Shown here: positions 8,815 to 18,340 of the stretch, piece after piece
Numbering within the stretch: the first letter of the stretch is position 1
How the letters are laid out: every line of letters starts with the position of its first letter
Virus record (IMG/VR): IMGVR_UViG_3300005805_000049
Location: 62,218 to 126,217 of that record
DNA length: 64,000 nt
Source: a virus
Reading direction: 5' to 3' (one strand)
Translations under genes and position numbers: made by a program
The notes under the pieces: model-generated
The model's database searches: none
Told to the model about the DNA's origin: nothing
The model's input: the letters and a program-made list of their open reading frames with translations, nothing else

Positions 8815-10412
8815 TGAAAAGATTTGCTCAATTCATTCGAGAACAAGAAGAGAAGGTTCGTACCGCAGTATTACACGCAAATCCTTTCAAGCCAGACGGG
8901 TCAATGCGTTCTAACTCAATTGTTGCAAAGAAAACCACTGCACACAAAGACCTTTCAAATTTACTAGGAGACAGTGACCAACATACAACATTCTCAGTAC
9001 ATGCAAAGTCCGATGGAATCCCTTCAGCAATTGGGCACGACGAGCATGGACCTTATATTGAAGTTGGTAAGCATGGCAAACTAAGATCTGCAGCAGACGT
9101 TAATGCCCTTCGTCCCGCAATGTTAGAAAAAGATAAGACTGGCGGGGCATTCACCGAACAAAGAATTGGTGGATTACATGAAGTCGTTGACCATTTCCTT
9201 ACAAAGCCTCATCCACTAACTGAGATGGTTAATAAGCGCGGAACTGGTACTCGTCTGCATGGCGAGTTATTCTGGAATTCACTTGCCAAAGGCGAAACGC
9301 CTGATGAACCAGGCAGCCCCGGCGTTCGTACATATGTAATGACTCCTTACTCGAAAGAAAAGACTGCAGGGACAAAAGGCGGATTTGCAGTATATTCAGG
9401 CCAGTTAAACAAAGGATTCTCTGAAAAAGAAATCAGCAAAATGCCTGAGCACTCCACCTCTGAAGTTAAGATTACACATGACATCCTTCCAACTAAACAC
9501 AGAGAGCTGTCTGTTCCAGCTGATGATTTGCGTAAACAACTGAAACAAACAGATCCGAAAGATCATCAAGCGATTGCTGAAATTGCAGACCAGTTTCATA
9601 AGCGAGCGAGAGGACTACTAGAGAAATCTGGATATAAAGACCCATGGTCCCATCAGCATATCCAACCATGGGGAGAAGGTGTAGTGCTTCGTAAGAAAAC
9701 GGATCCTCAAACTGCTATAAAGATTACATCACCAGAGCATCAACAGGGGATGTATGATCAGTTGTATAATAAACGAGTTGCAACTGCTCGAAAGCAAAAC
9801 CCTGAAATTGCCAATCAAGATGTTCACCATCATGTGACTATAGGAAGCATGTCTGTACCAACTGTCGGTCACGGAGGAATGGTCCGACATATGGTAAATG
9901 CTGCAAACAAGATTGGCAATGTTGGCAAAGTTGTTGTTGGAATGATGAGATCGTCAAAAACGTCTCCGTCTCCTCTATCTCAAGAAGAAAGAGAAATGAT
10001 GCTTCGTCACACAGCCGGCAATCCTTCAAACGTTGAAGTTGCTCATGTAAGCGGAATTGGTGGGGCATTGCACCCAATTCTCAACCATGTTTTAGAAAAT
10101 GCAGGTCCAAAGCAGCATTTACACATTCACATTGGTCCAGACGATAAAGATAAAGCTGAAGACATCAAGAAGCAAGTTGAAAGCGGCAGCATGATGTTTC
10201 CTCGTGGCACTTTCCATTCGATAACAATTCATACAGCAGAATCTCGAGAACTGGTCGATGGAAAGAAAGTATCTGGTACCAGAGCTCGCGAAGCAATCGC
10301 CAGCAAAAATGAACCAGAAGCTGCTAAATTGATTGGAATGCAAAACCATCCAAAGTGGAAAACAATATGGAGCAAGCTATCTTCTGGCGGAATAAAGGTC
10401 AAAAGAGGGTAA
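8814..10412 (+). CDS. putative head-internal fusion: ATP-dependent ligase-like adenylyltransferase + HIGH-family (cytidylyltransferase-like) domain
   Basis: N-terminus MKRFAQFIRE; KSDG (motif I), HGELF (III), EGVVL (IV), AIKI (V); C-terminal GSMSVPTVGH and VSGTRAR. Confidence 0.6.
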   Translation: MKRFAQFIREQEEKVRTAVLHANPFKPDGSMRSNSIVAKKTTAHKDLSNLLGDSDQHTTFSVHAKSDGIPSAIGHDEHGPYIEVGKHGKLRSAADVNALRPAMLEKDKTGGAFTEQRIGGLHEVVDHFLTKPHPLTEMVNKRGTGTRLHGELFWNSLAKGETPDEPGSPGVRTYVMTPYSKEKTAGTKGGFAVYSGQLNKGFSEKEISKMPEHSTSEVKITHDILPTKHRELSVPADDLRKQLKQTDPKDHQAIAEIADQFHKRARGLLEKSGYKDPWSHQHIQPWGEGVVLRKKTDPQTAIKITSPEHQQGMYDQLYNKRVATARKQNPEIANQDVHHHVTIGSMSVPTVGHGGMVRHMVNAANKIGNVGKVVVGMMRSSKTSPSPLSQEEREMMLRHTAGNPSNVEVAHVSGIGGALHPILNHVLENAGPKQHLHIHIGPDDKDKAEDIKKQVESGSMMFPRGTFHSITIHTAESRELVDGKKVSGTRAREAIASKNEPEAAKLIGMQNHPKWKTIWSKLSSGGIKVKRG

Positions 10413-10417
10413 ATTTA

Positions 10418-10855
10418 ATGTTATCATTTTCTCAGTTCATCGTTGAATCATCGAACTATAATAACCTAAGACGAGATGCTAAGAAAATGAGCATCGACGA
10501 TTTCATGTCAAAGTATTCCGTGGAGGGGGAACATATCAAAAATCAACAACATTTAGCGCCCCATCACCATTTCGATATTAGTCAACTGGACCCGTCGGAA
10601 CACGACTCGTGGGAACACCCCGACCTATCTGCTCGTGGAGAACAAACAGTGAAACAACACATTGAAACACTTAAATCTGGTGGTCATTTAACGCCTGTAA
10701 TCGTTTCGGGAACGCCGGACAATAAGAAATACAGACCGATGGTGTGGGATGGGCATCACCGAACGATTGCTGCTTATAGAGCCGGTAACAAAACTATACC
10801 CGGATGGTTTGATGACAAGACTTTGAAACAAATTCACAAACAACAAAACGGGTAA
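10418..10855 (+). CDS. ParB/Srx-like protein with capsid-targeting-like N-terminus
   Basis: start MLSFSQFIVE; PVIV...WDGHHRTIAA ParB-N motif. Confidence 0.7.
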   Translation: MLSFSQFIVESSNYNNLRRDAKKMSIDDFMSKYSVEGEHIKNQQHLAPHHHFDISQLDPSEHDSWEHPDLSARGEQTVKQHIETLKSGGHLTPVIVSGTPDNKKYRPMVWDGHHRTIAAYRAGNKTIPGWFDDKTLKQIHKQQNG

Positions 10856-10885
10856 GCATCTTATATCAATAGGAATAAAATAGCT

Positions 10886-12187
10886 ATGGCACAATTTAGA
10901 AAAGATACTCACCAATATTTACCAGATGGAAAGACCATATTTGAGGCAGTTATGCTTGCTGATCAATATGGAAATTTAGTTGGTGCAGCAAATCCATCAG
11001 GAATGGCAGTCGATGCTTTTGGTAGAGCCAGAGTATCAACACCTTTAACTCTATTTGATTCACAACACAGATACGATCCTAATCAGAAATTTCACACAGC
11101 AAATACTTCTGGTGGCACATACTCATTCAATGCAAATTCTGCTGCATATAACATGATAGTTGATACTACTTCTGGTGCAGAGGTTATCAGAGAATCAAAA
11201 AGAGTATTTGCATATCAACCAGGAAAGAGCCTACAGATACTACAGACATTTGTGATGAATCCTGCTAAAGAAGGATTGAGACAAAGAACTGGATATTTTG
11301 ATACTAACAATGGTATTTTTTTACAGTTAGATGGTTCAACACTATCTTTTGTTAAAAGAAGCAATTCAACTTCTACACCAACTGACACTGTAGTAAATCA
11401 GGCAGATTGGAATATGGATGTATTAGATGGAACTGGTCCATCTGGATTGACTTTAGATATTACTAAAGCACAAATTTTGTTTATAGATATTGAATGGTTA
11501 GGTCTCGGAACTGTTAGATGTGGATTTGTTATTAATGGGCAACTAATTCATTGTCATTCATTCCATCATGCCAATATTGTTGATGGTCCTTACATGACAA
11601 CTGCTTGTTTACCTGTTAGATTAGAAATTAAAAACACTTCAGGAACAGCAAATTCATCTACTCTAAAACAAGTATGTTCATCAGTTATTTCAGAAGGTGG
11701 ATATAATTTGACTGGCAAACCAAGGTCTGTTGGAACACCAGCAAACTCTGTTATTGTTATGACTACTGCTGGAGTATGGTATCCAGTCGTTTCTATAAGA
11801 CTCAAATCAGATCAATTAGACTCAATCGTTGTTCCAACAAACATATCATTTCTTGCTGAAGGAAATAATGGTAGAGCAAAATATGCTCTTATTTCAGGTG
11901 GAACTCTTGGTGGAAATACAACATTTGTTTCTGCTGGTTCAGACTCTCCCGTAGAATATAATATAACTGCAAATTCTATATCTGGAGGAACTGTAATTCA
12001 ACAAGGGTTAGTTGGAATTACCAATCAAACTGCTGCAATGATTACACTAGGAAAAGACACATTATTTAAATATCAATTATCAAGAAATGGTCTAACTAAT
12101 GTTCCAGAGATATTAACTCTTGCTGGAATGGCCGGAACTGCTGGTGACGATGCTTCAGGAACAATAGATTGGGAAGAAGTGACCTGA
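10886..12187 (+). CDS. putative virion structural protein (beta-rich)
   Basis: 433 aa, G/T/S/N-rich, DAFGRARVSTPLTLFDS segment; located in late cluster. Confidence 0.55.
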   Translation: MAQFRKDTHQYLPDGKTIFEAVMLADQYGNLVGAANPSGMAVDAFGRARVSTPLTLFDSQHRYDPNQKFHTANTSGGTYSFNANSAAYNMIVDTTSGAEVIRESKRVFAYQPGKSLQILQTFVMNPAKEGLRQRTGYFDTNNGIFLQLDGSTLSFVKRSNSTSTPTDTVVNQADWNMDVLDGTGPSGLTLDITKAQILFIDIEWLGLGTVRCGFVINGQLIHCHSFHHANIVDGPYMTTACLPVRLEIKNTSGTANSSTLKQVCSSVISEGGYNLTGKPRSVGTPANSVIVMTTAGVWYPVVSIRLKSDQLDSIVVPTNISFLAEGNNGRAKYALISGGTLGGNTTFVSAGSDSPVEYNITANSISGGTVIQQGLVGITNQTAAMITLGKDTLFKYQLSRNGLTNVPEILTLAGMAGTAGDDASGTIDWEEVT

Positions 12188-12208
12188 TAAATAGGTAAAA
12201 AAACAAAC

Positions 12209-13228
12209 TTGGAAAAAGTAATGGATCAACTACAAGAAAAAGTAGGTTACGAACAACGCAGGGCAAGAGCTCGCAAGATGCATTCAATGACGAAGAAAAT
12301 GGTTCGTCAAAAGAAGCTGCTTGCGGGTAAATTTGCGTCTGAGGATAGGTTGAAGAACCGTGCTCAGAAACTTGCCAGGGAATTGCTTCGAAAGAAAGTA
12401 GCCGGATCACGAGGAGTTAATTACCATCAGCTGTCTACTTCTCAGAGAATAGAAATCGATCGAATGATTGATGCTCTTCCAAAAAGCTTGCATAAGTCTC
12501 TTACAACACGACTAATTCCATATGTTAAACGCGCAGAAGTTGCAAGAATCTCTAAACGTAATACCAGAAGATTGAGAGAACAAACTGAATTATTTGAAGA
12601 TTCACTACGAACAATCCTTCATCGAAGAGTAAAAGGCGAGCAGTTTGATAAAGTAGTTCGCAAGCTCGGTCAAATGATTCGTCGTAATAGAGACTCGACG
12701 AAAGGGGCAAAACACAGAGCGGCTTCTGCTCAAGTATTAAAGCAAGTGGATAAGCGTTCCGGACTTCGTCCCGGTAAAACCACATATCAGAAACATGCAA
12801 GACGTCATTTCAGACTTGGGCCAAACGCTGATTCAGTTAGGTCAAAAGTATTACAAGTAATTGGCAGAGCAGTCAAGGAAAAACTTTCCCATAAAGATCT
12901 TAATAATCTAGTTAAAGGCGTTAAGAGAGACTTGTCAGGTGGTCGTTTGCAATTAGCTCACAATGACATTGACGTTGATGATCTTGGTCTGATCTTATTT
13001 GAGGCAGATTGGTCCAAATTAGATAAGTTGATGCTAAACGGATTAGTTGATAAAGATAAGATTGTGTATTACAAAAGAATTTTAAGAGACATCAATCGGT
13101 CTATTAAGTATAAAGCATACCAAAAAGATATTGGAGATTTGTTAGATAAGATGTTGGACATGATAACCAAGGATGATGTGCTTTATCGTCGATTAAGATT
13201 TGATGTTCTTCGGAAACAAAAGAAATGA
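12209..13228 (+). CDS. highly basic hypothetical protein (late)
   Basis: R/K-rich ORF; ATAAATA late-like element just upstream. Confidence 0.65.
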   Translation: MEKVMDQLQEKVGYEQRRARARKMHSMTKKMVRQKKLLAGKFASEDRLKNRAQKLARELLRKKVAGSRGVNYHQLSTSQRIEIDRMIDALPKSLHKSLTTRLIPYVKRAEVARISKRNTRRLREQTELFEDSLRTILHRRVKGEQFDKVVRKLGQMIRRNRDSTKGAKHRAASAQVLKQVDKRSGLRPGKTTYQKHARRHFRLGPNADSVRSKVLQVIGRAVKEKLSHKDLNNLVKGVKRDLSGGRLQLAHNDIDVDDLGLILFEADWSKLDKLMLNGLVDKDKIVYYKRILRDINRSIKYKAYQKDIGDLLDKMLDMITKDDVLYRRLRFDVLRKQKK

Positions 13229-13647
13229 AGCCATTAGATCAAGGTACAACAGAACTAACAAGAAGGTATAAAAAAATGACGCCTGGTCAAAAAACACTTG
13301 ATATTATTAAAACAGTGGTATCAGAAACAATCTTGAGTGGCGCTCGTCCTGGGTCAACAATGAAAAGGCGGCAGTCAACTGTTGGAATGACGGCAAGAAA
13401 GAAGAAAGTTGGCGTGGGAGCCAAGACTTCAAAAGGTCGTCCGGGCGGATTACATCCGTTACAAACTTCTAAAGCTCGTTCTGGCCAGAAAAAACTAACT
13501 TCTCTTCAGCGTAAAGGGACGTCATTGGTTAAAAAAACTGCTTCTACTGTGCTGTCAAGAGCAAGAGAAACTGCTCAACGAGTTCGATTAGCTGCACAGA
13601 GAAGCTCTGAAATACAAAGAACCCAAAAGCAAGTTAATCCTCGATAA
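13225..13647 (+). CDS. highly basic hypothetical protein
   Basis: K/R/T-rich ORF coupled to upstream gene. Confidence 0.6.
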   Translation: MKPLDQGTTELTRRYKKMTPGQKTLDIIKTVVSETILSGARPGSTMKRRQSTVGMTARKKKVGVGAKTSKGRPGGLHPLQTSKARSGQKKLTSLQRKGTSLVKKTASTVLSRARETAQRVRLAAQRSSEIQRTQKQVNPR

Positions 13648-13658
13648 GGAGACCTCAG

Positions 13659-14126
13659 ATGTCAATTAAAACTTTACCACCTTCATTGATCGAAGCCGTC
13701 AAAAACGTTCTCAAAGAAAAAACAGCAAAGCCTGACTTTCTTGATGTCGATAAAGATGGCAACAAACAAGAACCAATGAAAGACGCTATTAAAGACAACA
13801 AAAAGGCCAAACCGTCAGACGATGGCAAAAAAGGCAAACACCCATTCGTCAAAATGGCAAATGAATCAATGGACGACAAGGAAGATTCCCCTGGTGTTGC
13901 AAAAGGCGCAGTCGATAAGCACAACTGTGCAACTCATGTGTATAGCGAGCAGTTTGGGGAAGGGACAACTCTATATTCCCAGCATGCTGAACCAGATGAC
14001 AATGGCAACATTGCGTGGTATGATGTGATGTTTGACCATGGAATTGAAAAGAAAGTAATGGTTGAAGATCTACAAATTCTGCAGATGGAAAGCCACATGA
14101 ACCACAAGAAGAAGAAAAAAGGCTAA
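13659..14126 (+). CDS. hypothetical head-associated protein
   Basis: AGGAG RBS; KPDFLDVDKDGNKQEPMK EF-hand-like motif. Confidence 0.65.
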   Translation: MSIKTLPPSLIEAVKNVLKEKTAKPDFLDVDKDGNKQEPMKDAIKDNKKAKPSDDGKKGKHPFVKMANESMDDKEDSPGVAKGAVDKHNCATHVYSEQFGEGTTLYSQHAEPDDNGNIAWYDVMFDHGIEKKVMVEDLQILQMESHMNHKKKKKG

Positions 14127-14129
14127 AAA

Positions 14130-14567
14130 ATGGATGAACTAGTTAATAGAATGAAAGTGGTGCTTGCGACCACATTTGCTTTTTATCTCAAAGCACAAAA
14201 CTTTCATTGGAACGTGGAGGGGATTAATTTTCCACAGTATCATGACTTTTTTGGTAAACTATATGAAGAAGTACATGGAGCGGTCGATCCGATTGCAGAG
14301 CAAATTCGTGCTCTGGACGCGTATGCACCGGGCGCATTGCAAAGATTCAAAGAACTATCTTCCATTACAGATGAAAATACTATTCCCTCCGCAATGATTA
14401 TGTGTCAACGATTAATGGACGACAACGACAAAGTAATTTCTGATCTGATGTTTGCATACAATGAAGCAGAAAAACAAAAACAGCTCGGTCTTGCCAATTT
14501 TCTTCAAGACCGAATCGATATACACAAGAAGCATCGTTGGATGCTGAAAGCTGTACAAAAGGGCTAA
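14130..14567 (+). CDS. dps: Dps family ferritin-like protein
   Basis: FHWNVEG, HDFFGKLYEE, DPIAEQIRAL, HKKHRWML. Confidence 0.93.
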   Translation: MDELVNRMKVVLATTFAFYLKAQNFHWNVEGINFPQYHDFFGKLYEEVHGAVDPIAEQIRALDAYAPGALQRFKELSSITDENTIPSAMIMCQRLMDDNDKVISDLMFAYNEAEKQKQLGLANFLQDRIDIHKKHRWMLKAVQKG

Positions 14568-14570
14568 TAA

Positions 14571-15224
14571 ATGTCAAGATCTTTAGAAAACACTATCCGG
14601 TTTATGTTCGTTGAAAAGGTACATAATCCTTCTCATCCAAAAGGAGAGAAGGATATGAACGATCAGGTATTTGCTGGTACGTATAGATCGCAGCATTTTG
14701 AGGTGTCGCCAGACGCTCAACGGATTTATTCTGATATTTCTAAAGAAACAAATCCTGATAAAGTGGAGCGATCAGTCAAGTTGCATGACATGTTGTTCAA
14801 TATTGTTAAGCAAGTAGACTCAACTGGGTACTCAACAGCTCAACAATTAAATGCTGCAAAAGACATTGCAACCAAGATTCACCACAATGTCGCTGAATTT
14901 GGCGTAGATATTGATCACTCTCACGTTGATAAGTTCCTTAAGCATATTGAGGACAAAGTGAAAGATACCTCTGAGCCAGTCGAAGCCGACAAAGTCGAGG
15001 ACGAAGTCAAGCAAAGGACAGCAAGTCCGGAAGACAATTATGTCCATGTTGAGAAACAATCTGATGCTGACATTGACAATGTCAAAAATTTCAGAGTTAC
15101 TAGAGCAAAAGCTGCTGCTAAACAACGCTTTCTTAATCTTGGTATCGATGAACAACACGATCCTGAAGCGATCGAAAAGCTGTTGAACAAAGCAGTTAAA
15201 TTCTTGAAAAAGAAAAAGAAATAA
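14571..15224 (+). CDS. hypothetical protein
   Basis: 217-aa ORF in late cluster. Confidence 0.65.
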   Translation: MSRSLENTIRFMFVEKVHNPSHPKGEKDMNDQVFAGTYRSQHFEVSPDAQRIYSDISKETNPDKVERSVKLHDMLFNIVKQVDSTGYSTAQQLNAAKDIATKIHHNVAEFGVDIDHSHVDKFLKHIEDKVKDTSEPVEADKVEDEVKQRTASPEDNYVHVEKQSDADIDNVKNFRVTRAKAAAKQRFLNLGIDEQHDPEAIEKLLNKAVKFLKKKKK

Positions 15225-15263
15225 ATAGTACAACTATCAATCACTTGTAAAGGATTTCCAAAA

Positions 15264-15887
15264 ATGAGTCAATGGAAAAACGACGATTCAGCAGCAAATT
15301 CTGTATTGTGGGCAGTGTCCCAATACAACAAACCTGCTAATTCAACAACGCAATCAGCTTTCTTTGGCAACACAACTGCCGATGCTTACACAACTGGTGT
15401 AACAGTTGGCCAATTTGGTGTTGACACAAATGAGCAAGCAGCTGCGCGTCAAGCTGGATCAAGACCAGCTCATGCCGGTTGGGTTATTAAAACAACTGGT
15501 TCAGGCGGTCGTGCTGGTAGAGTTCAATACGAGACTCTAGTTGCAATGGGTTCAATGTCCGGCGATGCCGAAGATGCAGTATTCCCTGACAAAACAATCG
15601 TAATTTCAGTACAGCCAGCAAATGCATCTGCAAACTCTTCAGCTGATGAACAAGCCGAATTTACAGTTACAGCAGCAACTGTCCCAGCAGGTGGCTCGTT
15701 AACTTATCAGTGGACATATGCAAATGGCGATGCTCTCGGAGTTTCCGGTTATGCTGGCGATACGACAGCAACACTAACCGTCGATGCAAATACCGTTTCG
15801 AACGGTGAGTCTTATGTCGTTGAAATTTCAACAACTGGTGCAGCTAATGTAACGTCTACTGCTGCAACAATCACAATTACAACCTAA
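15264..15887 (+). CDS. virion structural protein with C-terminal Ig-like domain
   Basis: AHAGWV..GSGGRAGRVQYETLVAM; Ig-like ISVQP..LTYQW..TATLTV; ATAAATA upstream. Confidence 0.7.
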   Translation: MSQWKNDDSAANSVLWAVSQYNKPANSTTQSAFFGNTTADAYTTGVTVGQFGVDTNEQAAARQAGSRPAHAGWVIKTTGSGGRAGRVQYETLVAMGSMSGDAEDAVFPDKTIVISVQPANASANSSADEQAEFTVTAATVPAGGSLTYQWTYANGDALGVSGYAGDTTATLTVDANTVSNGESYVVEISTTGAANVTSTAATITITT

Positions 15888-15896
15888 TAGGTTATT

Positions 15897-16202
15897 ATGG
15901 CTGATAGATCAAAAGCTATTTCTGAACTACCAGTATTAACAGCACCAGCAGGAGAAGACCTGCTGGTGATCGTTGATAGTCCATCAGGAACCGCAAATAC
16001 CAAACAAGTGACAGTAACTAACTTGTTTGGTAACACAACCAACTTAACTGTAGTTTGTAATACATTGATAACAGAGAACAAACAGACCCCAGCAAGTTCT
16101 TCTGTTACAGTGCGAAAAGGTACAATTCTTTTCGATGATACGTACCTATACATTGCAACTGCAAACAATACTTTAAAAAGAGTTACTCTAGAAAGTTTCT
16201 AA
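15897..16202 (+). CDS. putative virion structural protein
   Basis: KAISELP.. N-terminus and DDTYLYIAT..LKRV C-terminus, resembling fibre-associated proteins. Confidence 0.55.
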   Translation: MADRSKAISELPVLTAPAGEDLLVIVDSPSGTANTKQVTVTNLFGNTTNLTVVCNTLITENKQTPASSSVTVRKGTILFDDTYLYIATANNTLKRVTLESF

Positions 16203-16208
16203 TCAGTA

Positions 16209-16598
16209 ATGGATGAATGGTTAAGTGAATCTAATTTTATTTTGTATTGTGCTCGACATTATGATGGCAGATACTGTTCATCAATTAATGATTTTCATGA
16301 AGACCTAAAACGTATTCGATATATAAAAAAGCTTTTGACTCGTTATGAAAAGAATAAAGACTTAAAAGAACGGTTGATTCTCAATCATATCATTATTCTG
16401 AATAATTTGTTTGGGCCAACCGTTACTTGTCGAATACTATATTTTAAACTGAAGAAGCATTTCAAATATATCAAACCTTTTTTGGTTTTGCTACAAATAT
16501 TACCGACGAGATTGTATAATATAAATACTGAAAAGGTAATAGATTTGGACATGATACCGATGGACCAACAGATTGTTGAGGCATTAAGACGAATATGA
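16209..16598 (+). CDS. conserved T4-like hypothetical protein
   Basis: FHEDLKRIRYIKKLL..LKERLILNHII. Confidence 0.7.
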   Translation: MDEWLSESNFILYCARHYDGRYCSSINDFHEDLKRIRYIKKLLTRYEKNKDLKERLILNHIIILNNLFGPTVTCRILYFKLKKHFKYIKPFLVLLQILPTRLYNINTEKVIDLDMIPMDQQIVEALRRI

Positions 16599-16756
16599 AG
16601 TTAAAAGAAGAAGTTCCTGCGAATGCTATTGGTACTGGTAACATAGCGAAGATTGATCCTCTTTTGTTTCGTGCTGCAGGTGTAAAGAAGTTGTTAGATA
16701 GAGCTACGAAATTGTTAAAGAGGAAATATGGCACCGATAGATCAAACTCTAGTTAA
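16595..16756 (+). CDS. small hypothetical protein (53 aa)
   Basis: hand translation MKLKEEVPANAIGTGNIA...; fills the gap between coupled genes; below ORF-track cutoff. Confidence 0.55.
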   Translation: MKLKEEVPANAIGTGNIAKIDPLLFRAAGVKKLLDRATKLLKRKYGTDRSNSS

Positions 16757-17207
16757 AGAATTATACGAAATCAAGTCTAATGTTGCTCAGCTGGATACGA
16801 TAGTCGATCGTTTAGATAAAACGATAGTCGAACTAGCAACGGTGTCAAAAAACATTTCTCAGTTAATAGCGGTTCAAGATAACCGTCTTTCTACTCAAGA
16901 AAAATTTACTACACATTTACTTTCAATGGTCGAGACAGAAAAAATTAATACTGCCAATTCAGACCGAGAATTGGAAAACGCTATCAGAAAATTAGAAGCA
17001 GACATTGATAATGATCTAGATGAGATGAAAACATCTATTCTTAACGAAATCAAATCAATGAAGGCAGAAGCTGCTAACAGTCACAACGATCTTCTGAAAA
17101 AAGTGACACAACTAGAGAAGTTGGTGTGGATTGCAACTGGTGGTGGTATGGTGATCGCGTTTATCATCTCTAAGATGTCTGGACCGCTTCTAAAATTGTT
17201 CCAATAA
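16728..17207 (+). CDS. coiled-coil protein with C-terminal transmembrane helix
   Basis: heptad-rich, ends LVWIATGGGMVIAFIIS. Confidence 0.65.
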   Translation: MAPIDQTLVKELYEIKSNVAQLDTIVDRLDKTIVELATVSKNISQLIAVQDNRLSTQEKFTTHLLSMVETEKINTANSDRELENAIRKLEADIDNDLDEMKTSILNEIKSMKAEAANSHNDLLKKVTQLEKLVWIATGGGMVIAFIISKMSGPLLKLFQ

Positions 17208-17220
17208 CAACAGTTTACTG

Positions 17221-17248
17221 TTGACCTGGTTTTGGTTGGCTGTATAAT
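17221..17248 (+). promoter_or_regulatory. sigma70-type promoter for primase
   Basis: TTGACC-N16-TATAAT. Confidence 0.7.
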
Positions 17249-17281
17249 CACTTTGTGCCAATCAAATAACAGGGTAATTAG

Positions 17282-18340
17282 ATGATTAATACGTTATGGT
17301 TAGACGTTAAGTATATTAATCTACTATCAAGTTCATTACGAAACTTCAAACAAAAAGATGGTACGCTGTACAACTTCTCATGTCCAATATGTGGAGATTC
17401 GCAGCAATCAAAAACAAAGGCCAGAGGATTTCTAATCCAGAGATCTGGTAAGTTCTTTTTCTACTGTCACAACTGCAATCAATCGTTGGTATTTAGCAAG
17501 CTTCTTCAGCTAGTTAATCCTATTCTATACGATGAATACTTGTTGGAAAAGGTTTCCGATAGCAAGCAACCAGCAGTTGCTCAGCCTACTATTATGGAAA
17601 AGTTCTCAATTCCAAAGCAACAAATCAAGTTGCCAAAAGTCTCTCAGTTGCCAAGTACACATAAATGTAAGCAGTACGTGGTGCAGCGACAAATACCGAG
17701 TTATTTTCACAGTCAGCTGTATTATTGCAAACAGTTCAAGCATTGGATTAACAGTATTAAGCCTGATAGTTTTGAAGACGTGTCTTACGATCAACCAAGA
17801 TTGATTATTCCATTGATCGATCAGACAAAGACAGTGTTTGGTGTTCAAGGTAGAGCTATTGGTGATTATACACCAAGATATATAACAATCATACTTGATA
17901 AGACCCGTGATCACCTTCCAAGTATCTATGGAATTGACAGAGTGAATTTTAATACAAAGTACTACGTGTTTGAAGGTCCGATAGATTCGATGTTTATTCC
18001 AAATTCGATAGCATGTCTTTGCAGCGGTCTGCACAGTGAACTCGCGAAGTTAAACAAACCGACAGACAATGCAGTGCTTGTGTTTGACAATGAGCCGAGG
18101 AACAAACAAATAGTGGAAACGATGTTGACTGCAGCTTCGCAGCGATATAAGATCTGTGTTTGGCCTGACAACATCACAGACAAAGATATCAACCAGATGA
18201 TACTTCGAAAAGTGTCTGGGTCATACTGTAAAACGGAATTGATTGAAAAGGCAGCTAAATGGATTCAACAAGTAATAGACGACAACACGTTTCAAGGGCT
18301 GCAAGCAGAACTAGCGATCCGCCAGTGGAAAAAGATTTAG
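17282..18340 (+). CDS. 61: DNA primase (T4 gp61-like)
   Basis: Zn finger CPICGDS..CHNC; TOPRIM EGPIDS, FDNEPRN, KDIN. Confidence 0.95.
   Translation: MINTLWLDVKYINLLSSSLRNFKQKDGTLYNFSCPICGDSQQSKTKARGFLIQRSGKFFFYCHNCNQSLVFSKLLQLVNPILYDEYLLEKVSDSKQPAVAQPTIMEKFSIPKQQIKLPKVSQLPSTHKCKQYVVQRQIPSYFHSQLYYCKQFKHWINSIKPDSFEDVSYDQPRLIIPLIDQTKTVFGVQGRAIGDYTPRYITIILDKTRDHLPSIYGIDRVNFNTKYYVFEGPIDSMFIPNSIACLCSGLHSELAKLNKPTDNAVLVFDNEPRNKQIVETMLTAASQRYKICVWPDNITDKDINQMILRKVSGSYCKTELIEKAAKWIQQVIDDNTFQGLQAELAIRQWKKI

Noticed and set aside
17232-17265. Inverted repeat flanking the primase -10 box
   Set aside because: 9 bp with one mismatch in DNA; could be chance, with no supporting evidence for an operator
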